Shown: positions 32,623 to 42,043 of the stretch, piece after piece
How positions within the stretch are numbered: position 1 is the first letter of the stretch
Layout: every line of letters starts with the position of its first letter
Assembly: GCA_002429325.1 (NCBI GenBank)
Contig: DIZH01000011.1
Span: 1 to 51,548 of the forward strand
DNA length: 51,548 bases
Reading direction: 5' to 3'
Source: Patescibacteria group bacterium UBA6033
GTDB lineage: Bacteria > Patescibacteriota > Minisyncoccia > Phycocordibacterales > Phycocordibacteraceae
Made by a program: the position numbers and the translations under genes
Notes under the pieces: model-generated
What the model saw: only the letters and a program-made list of their open reading frames with translations
Database searches by the model: none
Told to the model about the DNA's origin: nothing

Positions 32623-35607
32623 ATGGCGACATCGGCAGCATTTAAAGACGCATACAAGAAGCTCAATGCGAAGCAGAAAGAGGCTGTAGACATGCTCTAC
32701 GGTCCGGTCATTGTCGTTGCTGGTCCTGGGACGGGCAAGACGCAGATGCTCGCGCTTCGCATCGGGAATATCCTCCTCAAATCGACGGGGACGAAACCTG
32801 ACGAGATACTCGCGCTCACGTTTACGGAGAGCGCCGTCGCGACGCTTCGAGCGCGTCTCGCGACGTCCATCGGTGGCGCGGCGTACCGCGTGCGCATTCA
32901 TACGTTCCATGGTTTTGCACAATCAATACTGGAGCTGCGACCTGATCTCTTTCCGCGTGTCGCGCTCGGTACGCATCTCTCTGCAGTGCATGGCGTCGAA
33001 TTGATGGAACGACTACTTGATGCCGGAGCATACGTGAAGATACGTAATCCGAAAAATCCGCATCGGTCGGCACGCGACCTGCTCGCGTTCATGAGCGAAC
33101 TGAAGAAAGAGCACTACACGCCGGAGCGATATCTCGCTGAACTCACGAAAGAGCATGAGGCTGTGCTCGCCGATCCCGATCGCGTACACGAGAGCGGGAA
33201 ATACGCGGGCCAGGAAAAGGGCGAGCATACACGTCGCCGTGAGCGCGTCGAGAAGCATCTCGAAGTTGCGCATCTTTTTGCTGCATATCAGGAAGCGCTC
33301 GAGCGAGAATCGCTCTACGATTACGACGACCTCATCAGCGAAGCGATACGCGGTCTTGAGAACGACGAAGGATTTCGCGCGCAGGTAGGTGAGCGGTCGC
33401 AGTTCGTACTTGCCGACGAGCACCAGGATGCGAATCCGGCCCAGAACCGCTTGCTTGAACTGGTGACTGATTTCGACGGCTCGCCGAATCTCTTCATCGT
33501 CGGCGATGAGAAACAGGCTATCTATCGTTTCCAGGGAGCCTCTCTCGCCTCGTTTTTTTATTTCAAAGAGAAATATCCTGAAGCAAAAGTCATCTCGCTC
33601 AGCGAGAATTATCGCTCTACTTCATTGATACTTGCTGCCGCGCACGACCTCATCGCGCCTGCCCCCGTGCCCGACGCGGCATTCCGCCCGCTTCTCACTG
33701 CCGCTCGCGGCGAAGGAGGGGCGGTAGAAGAAGTCGTGTGCGATACGCCAAGACAGGAGCAAGAGACTATCGTTGCATATATCAAGAAGCTCCATACAAG
33801 CGGCGTGCCATATGATGATATAGCGATTGTCACGAAGAAGAATGCCGATGTGCTTACGTTTGCGGACTATCTGCGGCGCACCGGTATTCCCGAAGATCAT
33901 ATGACGGCCGAGGCGAGCGCGCTCGCGCACCCGGTGGTGCAGCTTTTCATATCACTCATAAAAGCCGCGACGGATTTATCTCAGGATGCACCTCTCGCTC
34001 GCGCACTTTTCATGCCGGGCATCCCGATGCCGCTTGCAGGGCGCATGCAACTCTTGGCCATTCCTCGCACACGCACCCTTGAAAAGACAAGGGTGCCCCT
34101 TGTAAACGTAATTGAAGGTCAGGGGGGGTCCGAGATGAAGGAATGGGTGTGGAAACTCAAGAAGTTATCGGAAGAAATGCCGGCCACACCGGTAGTCGCA
34201 TGGCTTGCGCGTCTTGCGAGTGAGAGTGGTCTCGTTGTGGGTATTCTCACGCTCGGCGAGAGCGAGGAGGCATATGAGGCTTACCAAGGCTTCATGGAGG
34301 AGGCTGCTCTCCTCTCTCGCGAGAACCCAGAGGCAACAGCGCTCGACTTGCTTGCTCGCCTCGCACTCATGGAGAAGCATGAACTCCGCGTGGCGCGGCC
34401 GCGAACGAAGCACGCGGGGGTCCGCATCATGACGGTGCATGGTGCGAAAGGGCTTGAGTTCCCATACGTCGTAATAGCTCATGCGACTGATGAGAAATGG
34501 ATGCGCGGAAAGAACGATGAATTTTCTCTGCCCCGACGCCAATGGGTCGGGACCCCGACCGAAGCGTCGGGGATGCTTGAAAAGGAAGATGATGAACACG
34601 ATGTGCGTCGCTTGCTCTATGTCGCGCTCACGCGCGCGAAAGACGGAGTGCTCATTACTCGTTCGGAAGTGACCGAGGAGGATCGTGCACAAACGCCGCT
34701 TCGATTCCTCTCTGACCTCGCAACTCACCTGATGCCCGCCGTAGTCTTGGGAAAGTCTGACTTTCCCAAGACTACGGCGGAGCCGTATGCGCTGCGCACT
34801 ATACTCGACCCGAATTTCCTCAAAGAGCGACTCATTGTCCGCGGCTTTTCGCCGACCGGTTTTAATAACTATGTGCAGTCGCCGTGGCAGTACTATTTCC
34901 GCACGTTGCTGCAGCTCCCCGATGCGCCGTCGCTTCCAATGCAATTCGGTACTGCGATACACGCAGGACTCCGAGCCTACGCGGATGCCGTAAAACAGGG
35001 AGGTGCAAGCATTGAAGTGGCGATAGTGGGATTCCATACGGAGCTCCATCGTTTGCCGCTGACGGCACTTGATAGAAGCGAGCTCGCGAAAAAAGGCGAA
35101 GACGTGCTCCGCGGCTATCTCGCACAAGAAGGCGCGAGCATTCCAGGCGAAAACGAATCTGAAATCTCGATAAGCACCTCGCTCGCCGTACCGGGCGTAG
35201 GTGACATTCCTCTCTCTGGGAAACTCGACAGGTTGGATATGCTTCCTGACGGCACAGTTTCCGTTATTGATTACAAGACTGGCAAAGCGAAAAGCGAGAA
35301 CGATATTCGCGGCCTCACGAAATCAGGCGATGGCAATTACTACCGCCAGCTCGTGTTCTATAAACTTCTGCTTGATAAGGACGGTCGTTACACGATGAAT
35401 GAGGGCGCACTGCACTTCGTCGAGCCCGATGAGAAAGGGAAGTGCACTATTCGCCGATTCACCATAACCGCTGCCGAGGTTGCTGCGCTTGAAGTCGAAC
35501 TCATTGAAGCGGCCAAGCATATCGCTGATGGCTCAGCATTTACTGCTGCCTGTGACCCCGAGATGTGTAACTACTGCGACCTCGTTGGATTTTTGACGAG
35601 TGATTGA
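32623..35607 (+). CDS. UvrD/PcrA-type SF1 helicase fused to a C-terminal PD-(D/E)XK (RecB/Cas4-like) nuclease.
   Basis: VVAGPGTGKTQ (Walker A), FVLADEHQDANPAQ, MTVHGAKGLEFPYV, LLYVALTRAKD. Nuclease motifs GKLDRLD...VIDYKTGK and YYRQLVFY, plus a terminal Cys cluster CDPEMCNYCD. The start is uncertain (ATG at 32605, 32608 or 32623). The upstream part of the ORF covers hairpins. Confidence 0.85.
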   Translation: MATSAAFKDAYKKLNAKQKEAVDMLYGPVIVVAGPGTGKTQMLALRIGNILLKSTGTKPDEILALTFTESAVATLRARLATSIGGAAYRVRIHTFHGFAQSILELRPDLFPRVALGTHLSAVHGVELMERLLDAGAYVKIRNPKNPHRSARDLLAFMSELKKEHYTPERYLAELTKEHEAVLADPDRVHESGKYAGQEKGEHTRRRERVEKHLEVAHLFAAYQEALERESLYDYDDLISEAIRGLENDEGFRAQVGERSQFVLADEHQDANPAQNRLLELVTDFDGSPNLFIVGDEKQAIYRFQGASLASFFYFKEKYPEAKVISLSENYRSTSLILAAAHDLIAPAPVPDAAFRPLLTAARGEGGAVEEVVCDTPRQEQETIVAYIKKLHTSGVPYDDIAIVTKKNADVLTFADYLRRTGIPEDHMTAEASALAHPVVQLFISLIKAATDLSQDAPLARALFMPGIPMPLAGRMQLLAIPRTRTLEKTRVPLVNVIEGQGGSEMKEWVWKLKKLSEEMPATPVVAWLARLASESGLVVGILTLGESEEAYEAYQGFMEEAALLSRENPEATALDLLARLALMEKHELRVARPRTKHAGVRIMTVHGAKGLEFPYVVIAHATDEKWMRGKNDEFSLPRRQWVGTPTEASGMLEKEDDEHDVRRLLYVALTRAKDGVLITRSEVTEEDRAQTPLRFLSDLATHLMPAVVLGKSDFPKTTAEPYALRTILDPNFLKERLIVRGFSPTGFNNYVQSPWQYYFRTLLQLPDAPSLPMQFGTAIHAGLRAYADAVKQGGASIEVAIVGFHTELHRLPLTALDRSELAKKGEDVLRGYLAQEGASIPGENESEISISTSLAVPGVGDIPLSGKLDRLDMLPDGTVSVIDYKTGKAKSENDIRGLTKSGDGNYYRQLVFYKLLLDKDGRYTMNEGALHFVEPDEKGKCTIRRFTITAAEVAALEVELIEAAKHIADGSAFTAACDPEMCNYCDLVGFLTSD

Positions 35608-35679
35608 CATAACATATATTATACTATATAATATAAATTAGTGCGATAATCCGTTGCACTACCTCAATAGGAGAGAATC

Positions 35680-36021
35680 TTGAAAGCTTTCTTAAAAGTA
35701 GTCCGTATCGTCGCGGCATTCATCATCGCAACGGCCGTGAGCGGGACGTTCTGCCTCTTGATGCTCGTGGCCGCTGCGGAGAATGCCGATCGCGATGAGC
35801 GCACCAGCGCTGTCCAGTACACCTGCGGTGCCGCAGGAAACTACGCTCAGTGCTACCAGCAGGAGACGCGGAAATCGCTGATCTCCATCTCCGGCGGCGG
35901 CATATCGTACGACATGCACCTCGTGATCGGTTCAATCATCACAGCCTGCCTCTTCGTCGTGCTATTCATCGCCATCGGATTCCCGGCAATTCGAAATAAG
36001 GCCATCAAAGTAATGGGATAA
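35680..36021 (+). CDS. Hypothetical membrane protein (113 aa, 2 TM helices, extracytoplasmic loop with 2 Cys).
   Basis: TTG start after AGGAGAGAATC, an AT-rich promoter-like tract at 35607-35650, and its own terminator. Confidence 0.45.
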   Translation: MKAFLKVVRIVAAFIIATAVSGTFCLLMLVAAAENADRDERTSAVQYTCGAAGNYAQCYQQETRKSLISISGGGISYDMHLVIGSIITACLFVVLFIAIGFPAIRNKAIKVMG

Positions 36022-36024
36022 GCC

Positions 36025-36058
36025 CCGCCCACAACGAGAACCGTTGGAGGGCGGTTTT
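36025..36058 (+). terminator. Rho-independent terminator.
   Basis: CCGCCC..CAACG-AGAAC-CGTTG..GGGCGG followed by TTTT. Confidence 0.6.
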
Positions 36059-36730
36059 CTATTTCGCGTTCGCGAGCGCCTGGTCGACAAGCGCTTTGAC
36101 AGCTTCGTACGGGTAACTGCCGTTCATCACGATAGGTGGCTTTCCAGCAACGAGTATGAGCGAATAGGGCGTACCCTGCGCACCGACATCTAGCGCATTC
36201 TTTCGATCGGCGGTTATGCGGTCGACAACAGTAGTCGACGCATTGGCGAAACAGCTGGCGAATGCATCGCCCGGAATGGCAAGCGATTCCGCAAACGTCC
36301 CATACTGTGCAGGGTCCACTGGCTGGTGTGCATAGAGCGTGTCCGCAAATTTCCAGAACGCGTCGTTGCCTCCTGCTTGCGCCGCGCACTCAGCCGCCTC
36401 GGCATGCTTCATTGCATTCGGATGTATCTCACTCAACGGAAATTCTCGATATACCCAAGCGACGTTGCCGTCCGTGCCTGCATTGGCTACGACCTGGTGG
36501 AGTACCTGGCTGAATCCGCTGCAAAATTCGCAATCGAAGTCGGCATATTCGACTATTATGACTTTCGCCGCAGGATTGCCGAAGATATGATCGCTGGTGC
36601 CCACGGGGCGTACGAGCGCAGGGTTGCCGCCGGAGAGCGCAGCCAACTTCGGCATCGAGATATAGACCGCGAGCGCAATGATAATCCCGCCAACAACAAT
36701 CGCGGCAGGGATGGTCAATGTTGGCTTCAT
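36059..36730 (-). CDS. DsbA-like thioredoxin-fold thiol:disulfide oxidoreductase, membrane-anchored.
   Basis: N-terminal TM helix. CXXC active site in IVEYADFDCEFCSGF. ATGA start/stop overlap with the upstream gene at 36727-36730. Confidence 0.8.
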   Translation of the reverse strand: MKPTLTIPAAIVVGGIIIALAVYISMPKLAALSGGNPALVRPVGTSDHIFGNPAAKVIIVEYADFDCEFCSGFSQVLHQVVANAGTDGNVAWVYREFPLSEIHPNAMKHAEAAECAAQAGGNDAFWKFADTLYAHQPVDPAQYGTFAESLAIPGDAFASCFANASTTVVDRITADRKNALDVGAQGTPYSLILVAGKPPIVMNGSYPYEAVKALVDQALANAK

Positions 36731-37311
36731 AGCTGAAACGCGTGGGTCATCGAGGGTACTGTGCTTTTCCGTTCGCTCCACTTCGAGGTATCGAGTTTGA
36801 TATCGCGGATATCTCGCAGGTCTTTGTATTTCAGTACGCCGTGCTTCATTGCATAGTCATAGAGTTCGCGTGTGAGACGCACATCTTCGATGCAATACTC
36901 ACGCACGAGGTCTTTCTTCCCCTCGCGCCACCATTCGCCCGCCTTGAGTCCGTCGCCAGATTTACCTCGACCGAGTGTCGCTTCGGCGAGCGATTGCAAC
37001 CGTAGGCGCCGTCCGAGCACACTCTGTACTTCAACGAGAAGGTCGAGCGACGGTACATGGGTCAGATCGCCAGGGTAGTAGCGATTCAGAAGCGGAATAT
37101 CAAAAGAGTTTGAATTGTATCCGATGAGAAAATCTGCGTGTTCGAGAATAGGCCACAACTTCGGCAAGTCCTCTTTATCGAAGGACGTATATTCATTGGT
37201 TAAAGAGTCGTGGATGGCGACGACAATGAGTTCTTGCTCGTTCACGTCGATATGGCCGCGCACCACGGAGTCGGATATCGATTCGATGTCGAAAGTGATG
37301 GCGCGAGGCAT
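36727..37311 (-). CDS. DEDD-family 3'-5' exonuclease (RNase H-like fold).
   Basis: Exo I FDIES, Exo II GYNSNSFDIPLL, Exo III YCIEDV. Confidence 0.7.
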   Translation of the reverse strand: MPRAITFDIESISDSVVRGHIDVNEQELIVVAIHDSLTNEYTSFDKEDLPKLWPILEHADFLIGYNSNSFDIPLLNRYYPGDLTHVPSLDLLVEVQSVLGRRLRLQSLAEATLGRGKSGDGLKAGEWWREGKKDLVREYCIEDVRLTRELYDYAMKHGVLKYKDLRDIRDIKLDTSKWSERKSTVPSMTHAFQL

Positions 37312-37319
37312 ATGTATTG

Positions 37320-38588
37320 CTAGCTGCCTGTGCGGAGCCGTACAGGGAGTTCTGAGATAGGCAGACCAACTTCTTCACCGGTCGCGAGCACTTTCATTCG
37401 CACACTCTGACTCGCAAGCTCGTCAGCGCCATACGCGATGAAAAGCGGAATACCGCGCTTTACCGCGTCTTTGATTTGGTCGCCAAGGCCGCGCTCGGTC
37501 AGGTTCACGAATACACGCGCACCTTCTTTCCGAAGGGTCTCTGCAAACGCTTGTGCGCCAGGAATGTCGTTTGCGGTAGGCGTGCCCAGATAGAGCTGAG
37601 GAGTATGCGCGTCGGTGCTTGGTGTAAGCGAATGAGTTTCAAGGAAATCAGCAAGCGTAACGTCGCCCATGCCGAAGCCGATAGCAGGAATAGGGTCTCC
37701 GCCGAAAAGCGCGACAAGCTTGTCGAAGCGTCCGCCGCCGAAAAGGGAACGGGGATTCGCAGGATTCGTGTCATATATCTCAAATACGATGCCGGTGTAG
37801 TAGTCGAAGCCGCGTGTGAGTGTCGCATCAAATATTGCATTTGCGACGCCTCGCTTCTGGAGCGCCTCAATAGTATCAAGCAGGGCACGCTTTTCCTTCG
37901 CAACTTCCGGCGCAGAGCCTGCGTCAGTAATGATGCTGAGCGGGTCGTGGTTCGTAATAGCAGATTGAGCTGCTGCAAACGCCTGGGGCGTCATCTTCGC
38001 TTTCTTATCGAGGAGGCGGAGATAGTTGCGCGTCGCATCAGCTTTGAGTCCGGCAGCGGCGCACGCGGCGGTGAGGAGCGCTCGCGAATTGATGCGAATG
38101 ATAAAGTCGCTTTCTTTAGCCCCGAGTGCTCTCAGAAGTTCCGAGGCGATGGAGATAATCTCGATATCAGTCTCAGTCGAGGCAATGCCGACCAAATCGA
38201 CATTCAGCTGGTAATGCTCACGGAGCCGGCCTTTTTGCGGGCGCTCATATCGAAAGACATTTGGGATGGAGAACCAGCGCAAGGGCAGAGGGAGCTCACG
38301 GCGCTTATGGGCTACCATACGCGCGAGAGTCGGCGTCATCTCAGGGCGAAGCGTCACTTTGCGATCACCGCGATCCATAAACGTGTACGTCTGCTCGTTG
38401 ACTATCTCCTCGGAGGTCTTTGCTTCATAGAGCTCGGAGCGTTCGAGTGGAGAGGCATTATATTCTTCATAGCCCCACCCGTGAAGTGTAGTCCGAAGGG
38501 TGGTGAACATCGCCTCCATCTTTGCCCAGTCGGCAGGATAGAAATCGCGTACGCCCTTATACGGATCGGTCGAGAGCGGTTCGGACAT
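37320..38588 (-). CDS. hisS: Histidyl-tRNA synthetase.
   Basis: GVRDFYP, motif 2 FRYERPQKGRLREHYQLNVD, GGGRFDKL, and a C-terminal anticodon-binding domain. Confidence 0.95.
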   Translation of the reverse strand: MSEPLSTDPYKGVRDFYPADWAKMEAMFTTLRTTLHGWGYEEYNASPLERSELYEAKTSEEIVNEQTYTFMDRGDRKVTLRPEMTPTLARMVAHKRRELPLPLRWFSIPNVFRYERPQKGRLREHYQLNVDLVGIASTETDIEIISIASELLRALGAKESDFIIRINSRALLTAACAAAGLKADATRNYLRLLDKKAKMTPQAFAAAQSAITNHDPLSIITDAGSAPEVAKEKRALLDTIEALQKRGVANAIFDATLTRGFDYYTGIVFEIYDTNPANPRSLFGGGRFDKLVALFGGDPIPAIGFGMGDVTLADFLETHSLTPSTDAHTPQLYLGTPTANDIPGAQAFAETLRKEGARVFVNLTERGLGDQIKDAVKRGIPLFIAYGADELASQSVRMKVLATGEEVGLPISELPVRLRTGS

Positions 38589-38725
38589 GCACAGATTTTA
38601 TCATGCCAGCGCCGAATCGGTATTTTTTGACTTTGCGTGTCGTCTCGGCTAGATTGAGGGCGGATTGCAGTACTCGTATCCAAGGCGGCCGCGGCTATCA
38701 GCGGAGACAACAGTGAAGGAAGTAT

Positions 38726-39328
38726 ATGGGAAAGCTTGCGCTCCTGTCGGTCACCGACAAAACTGGAATCGTCGAATTTGCCAAGGCGCTGATTGGGCTC
38801 GGCTGGGGCATTATCTCAACCGGAGGAACCGCGCGGGTGCTCGCTGAAGCGGGCGTCCCTTGTGTTTCTGTTGAGGATGTCACGCGATTTCCCGAGATGC
38901 TCGATGGCCGGGTGAAGACCCTGCATCCGAAGGTGTTCGCGGGCATCCTCGCTGATCGCGCGAAGCCGGCGCACATGTCGACGATTGCCGAACACCACAT
39001 CAGCCCGATCGATCTCGTCGCCGTCAACCTGTACGACTTTGCCGGGAAGCCCGACATCGAACAGATCGACATCGGCGGACCGTCGCTCCTGCGTGCAGCC
39101 GCGAAGAACAGCGCTTCGGTCGCGGTGGTCGTGGACCCTCTCGACTACAACGGTGTGATTTGCGTGCTACGTGAGCACGGCGCAGTGCACGAGGAATTTC
39201 GCGAGGAACTCACCCTGAAGGTCTTCGAGACCACAGCCCAGTACGATGTCATGATCGCAAAATGGATGCGCGGACAGCGCGAGAAGGGCGAGCACTTCCT
39301 GCATCCAGCGGCCGGCGCCGCGCACTGA
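38726..39328 (+). CDS. Stand-alone MGS-like / IMP cyclohydrolase domain protein (equivalent to PurH residues 1-200).
   Basis: [18 protein letters not shown]...[13 protein letters not shown]...[21 protein letters not shown]...[12 protein letters not shown]...[15 protein letters not shown] aligns with the PurH N-terminus. No AICAR transformylase domain follows. Codons are GC3-rich relative to neighbours. Confidence 0.8.
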   Translation: MGKLALLSVTDKTGIVEFAKALIGLGWGIISTGGTARVLAEAGVPCVSVEDVTRFPEMLDGRVKTLHPKVFAGILADRAKPAHMSTIAEHHISPIDLVAVNLYDFAGKPDIEQIDIGGPSLLRAAAKNSASVAVVVDPLDYNGVICVLREHGAVHEEFREELTLKVFETTAQYDVMIAKWMRGQREKGEHFLHPAAGAAH

Positions 39329-39388
39329 CCGACCTCGGTCACCCACACGACCGCTTAGTAGCCTCACGGCGAACGGCGGTTGTTGCTT

Positions 39389-39925
39389 TTATACTGGCGC
39401 TGCCACCGTTTTCTCCCCGACGTATTTGAGGATGATATTGCGCACCTGCTCTGGTCTAGGAATGTTCTGCATATGAAATTCATCTTCAGCCCCCGCGCTC
39501 TGCACCGTGATATCGCCCATATTGAGAAGCGACTCAAGAACGCCGGTTACGTCGGTGGTAGCGTCTTGCACGCGTGAGAGAAAGAGGCTCGACACTTCGC
39601 GATTGAAGTAGCCGCGCTGCTTGATGGCGACGATGCGCATATTCGTGAGTATCCAGGCATTCAGGTAATAGCGAGTGAACGTGCTCCATGCCATGGTCCA
39701 GGCGATGAGGAGCCATACGCCAAGCGCTGCCCGTGCGACGGTACTGTGGTATTCGAAAAATGAACTATAGGGAGCAGTTGCCGGTACGAGTGGCAGTAGT
39801 TTAGGAATAGCAAAAGGCAGCACTGCCATAATGGCGTACGGAAGTAATTCAGCAGCAAACAAGAGCCAGTGCTTGCGCGCGACAAGCACTTCGTGTTCGC
39901 CCGGCTGGAGTTCGAATTCCCTCAT
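39389..39925 (-). CDS. Membrane protein with a bacterial PH (bPH_2, YdbT/YdbS-like) domain.
   Basis: Two N-terminal TM helices, then LTNMRIVAIKQRGYFNREVSSLFLSRVQD...GDITVQSAG. ATGA overlap with the upstream gene at 39922-39925. Confidence 0.7.
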   Translation of the reverse strand: MREFELQPGEHEVLVARKHWLLFAAELLPYAIMAVLPFAIPKLLPLVPATAPYSSFFEYHSTVARAALGVWLLIAWTMAWSTFTRYYLNAWILTNMRIVAIKQRGYFNREVSSLFLSRVQDATTDVTGVLESLLNMGDITVQSAGAEDEFHMQNIPRPEQVRNIILKYVGEKTVAAPV

Positions 39926-40203
39926 GGTAGGTACGCGGTAAAAAATCCGGTGCCGGAGAGGGCGTAGGACATAAGAGCGAAAGATATGAAAAGGTGTGCG
40001 GCGATAGAAGGGAAGGCGACCCACGAGGCGTGGGAATATTTAAGCCAATGGTAGACAGCGACGAGCGTATAGAGCGCCCAAAAAGCAAACACCGCGAATA
40101 GCACCCATTGCACAATGATTCCCGACGACGGGAGTCCGGGGAGATTTAATTGTGAGAATACGGCGGAAGGGGAAGAGAAAGGCTGGAGCGGCTGATCGGG
40201 CAT
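39922..40203 (-). CDS. Hypothetical small membrane protein (93 aa).
   Basis: The Met at 40203 overlaps the prmC stop (TAATG). Two or three hydrophobic helices. Confidence 0.5.
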   Translation of the reverse strand: MPDQPLQPFSSPSAVFSQLNLPGLPSSGIIVQWVLFAVFAFWALYTLVAVYHWLKYSHASWVAFPSIAAHLFISFALMSYALSGTGFFTAYLP

Positions 40204-40934
40204 TACGGAAATGATACTACGAGTATACGCTCTTCGCCGTACTGGTCGGTGCGTATCTCGGCAGACAATTCCTGCGCGGAGAAGAGTACGCACGCCGCTT
40301 TCGCGTGCGCGCTATCGCACTCAATCCACGCCACTCCTCCTTTCTTAAGATGTGCGGACAGAGCAATTGCTATGCGGCGGATGAGGTCGAGCCCATCGTC
40401 TCCTGCAAAGAGCGCATGTGCCGGTTCGTATTCAGCAACGCTCACAGGGAGAGTCCGCTCAGCTGGGATATAGGGAGGATTTGCTGCGATGACATCGAAT
40501 TGCATGTCCCCGAATGGTTCAAAAAGATCGCCGATACGAATGTCCGCGCGACTTTCGTCGAGATCGTTCTCGCGAATGTTTTTCGCGATGGTCGCTTCGT
40601 GTGCAGGATCGATTTCGCCGAAATACACCTGTGCACGAGGCAACTTCGCGAGCGCCGCGCATCCTATCGCACCCGACCCTGCGCACAGGTCGAGAAATGA
40701 AAGTTGGACATCGGATGTCCAACTTTGTAACAGCTGTTCAGTCCACCACTCAGTCTCGGTACGGGGGATGAGAGGTTTTGAATCGAGAGAGATACTCAGA
40801 CCGAGGAATGGCACCGAGCCAATGACGTATCCGAGCGGCTCGCCCTTGGCGAGCCGCTCTTTATCAGTCTGGTACTCAGGTGTTTCCTCACCGCCGTACT
40901 TCTCGTCAAGGAGCCATTTCTCTTCTTTATTCAT
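40203..40934 (-). CDS. prmC: Release-factor glutamine N5-methyltransferase (HemK/PrmC), short form.
   Basis: SAM-binding DLCAGSGAIG and catalytic NPPY (IAANPPYIP). Confidence 0.88.
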   Translation of the reverse strand: MNKEEKWLLDEKYGGEETPEYQTDKERLAKGEPLGYVIGSVPFLGLSISLDSKPLIPRTETEWWTEQLLQSWTSDVQLSFLDLCAGSGAIGCAALAKLPRAQVYFGEIDPAHEATIAKNIRENDLDESRADIRIGDLFEPFGDMQFDVIAANPPYIPAERTLPVSVAEYEPAHALFAGDDGLDLIRRIAIALSAHLKKGGVAWIECDSAHAKAACVLFSAQELSAEIRTDQYGEERILVVSFP

Positions 40935-41270
40935 CAGTACACGCTATCATATTGCTGAAATTGGCGTTTTTTGCGCGTCGGCATCACTTTTTGAGTTATA
41001 CAGAGATATACACAGCTTTTACCCAGTTTTTTCCTCAGTTTTTTCTTGACATTTATTCTCAATAAATAAGACTGATAAGAGTTCCTTCTCATCTGGAAAA
41101 AACCTAATACTTTTAACGGTCCTATACATGTGAACTTCGGCTCACTACCTCGGACCACTTATAAAAAAAGAGGTTCATTTCCACTCGAGAATGAACGGGC
41201 AAGGAAAGCACCGTTGGGGTGTTTTCCTTTAGCCAAAATTTCTATACGCACTCAGTCGCATACACAAAAA

Positions 41271-41302
41271 GAAAGTCCCGCTTGAAGCGGGACTTTCTTT
41301 TT
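41271..41302. terminator. Bidirectional rho-independent terminator.
   Basis: GAAAGTCCCGC-TTGAA-GCGGGACTTTC (41271-41297), flanked by AAAAA and TTTTT. Confidence 0.75.
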
Positions 41303-41392
41303 GTCGCTAGCGATTCGATTGTAAGCGAAGCTTCTTAACTGCGCTCGCTCGTGAAAGAAAAATAAGAATTTCTCTTTCAGCTCACTCGCTTG

Positions 41393-41767
41393 TTAATAGC
41401 CGCCGTGGCCGTAGCCACCGCTATTGCCACCACCGAAACCACCGCGGTCACCGCCACCAAAACCGCCTTCGCGGCGAGGAGGACGATCACCTTGCGGGCG
41501 AGCGAAAGAAACGGAGAGCGTGCGCCCATCCATCTCCTTGCCATCCCAACGGTCGATAGCTGCCTGAGCTTCCGCCTCGGTTGCCATCTCGACGAATCCG
41601 AAACCGCGTGAGCGGCCCGTCATACGATCGCTAATGATGCTTGCAGATACGACATTACCGGCCTCACCGAAGGCCTTCTTCATATCGTCTTCTGTTGAGC
41701 GATAGGGAATTCCGCCTACGTAGAGCTTGTTTCCCTGTACTGCTGATGCTGACTGCTGATTATCCAT
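41393..41767 (-). CDS. RRM-type RNA-binding protein with a Gly/Arg-rich tail (124 aa).
   Basis: RNP2 KLYVGGIPY, RNP1 RGFGFVEM, C-terminal GGFGGGDRGGFGGGNSGGYGHGGY. Start preferred at MDNQQSA (41767). Confidence 0.88.
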   Translation of the reverse strand: MDNQQSASAVQGNKLYVGGIPYRSTEDDMKKAFGEAGNVVSASIISDRMTGRSRGFGFVEMATEAEAQAAIDRWDGKEMDGRTLSVSFARPQGDRPPRREGGFGGGDRGGFGGGNSGGYGHGGY

Positions 41768-41964
41768 GTGTAGATCTAACCGGTTAAATCTCGCCGAAAC
41801 TGAACACTTGCGGTCCGTGAAGACCGAACGAAGCTCGAATACTCTGCGAGTGGGGATTAATATAACAGAAATATTGGGATATCGCAACCCCAGTCCCTAG
41901 GGTGTGGATAAGCACTTGCGTTCAATTGACAGTCACTCTCATGGGAGTACACTTATTCACAAGA

Positions 41965-41993
41965 TTGACAATCTGTTTTCGGATTGTATAAGT
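41965..41993 (+). promoter_or_regulatory. Putative sigma70 promoter for the surface-protein gene.
   Basis: TTGACA (41965-41970), a 16-nt spacer, then TATAAG (41987-41992). Confidence 0.5.
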
Positions 41994-42043
41994 TTGTTTT
42001 GCCGATCTTATTACTAAGGGGCCGTCGTAAGAAATAATTATTT

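Noticed and set aside
40934-41158. The 74-aa minus-strand ORF upstream of prmC.
   Set aside because: It has no SD and a Lys/Arg-rich low-complexity sequence. It overlaps a promoter-like AT-rich spacer.
41903-41911. A perfect DnaA box, TGTGGATAA, plus a near-box, TTATCCACG, at 10360-10368. Considered as a possible oriC.
   Set aside because: These are single isolated boxes 31 kb apart. There is no box cluster, no AT-rich unwinding element and no dnaA or dnaN nearby.
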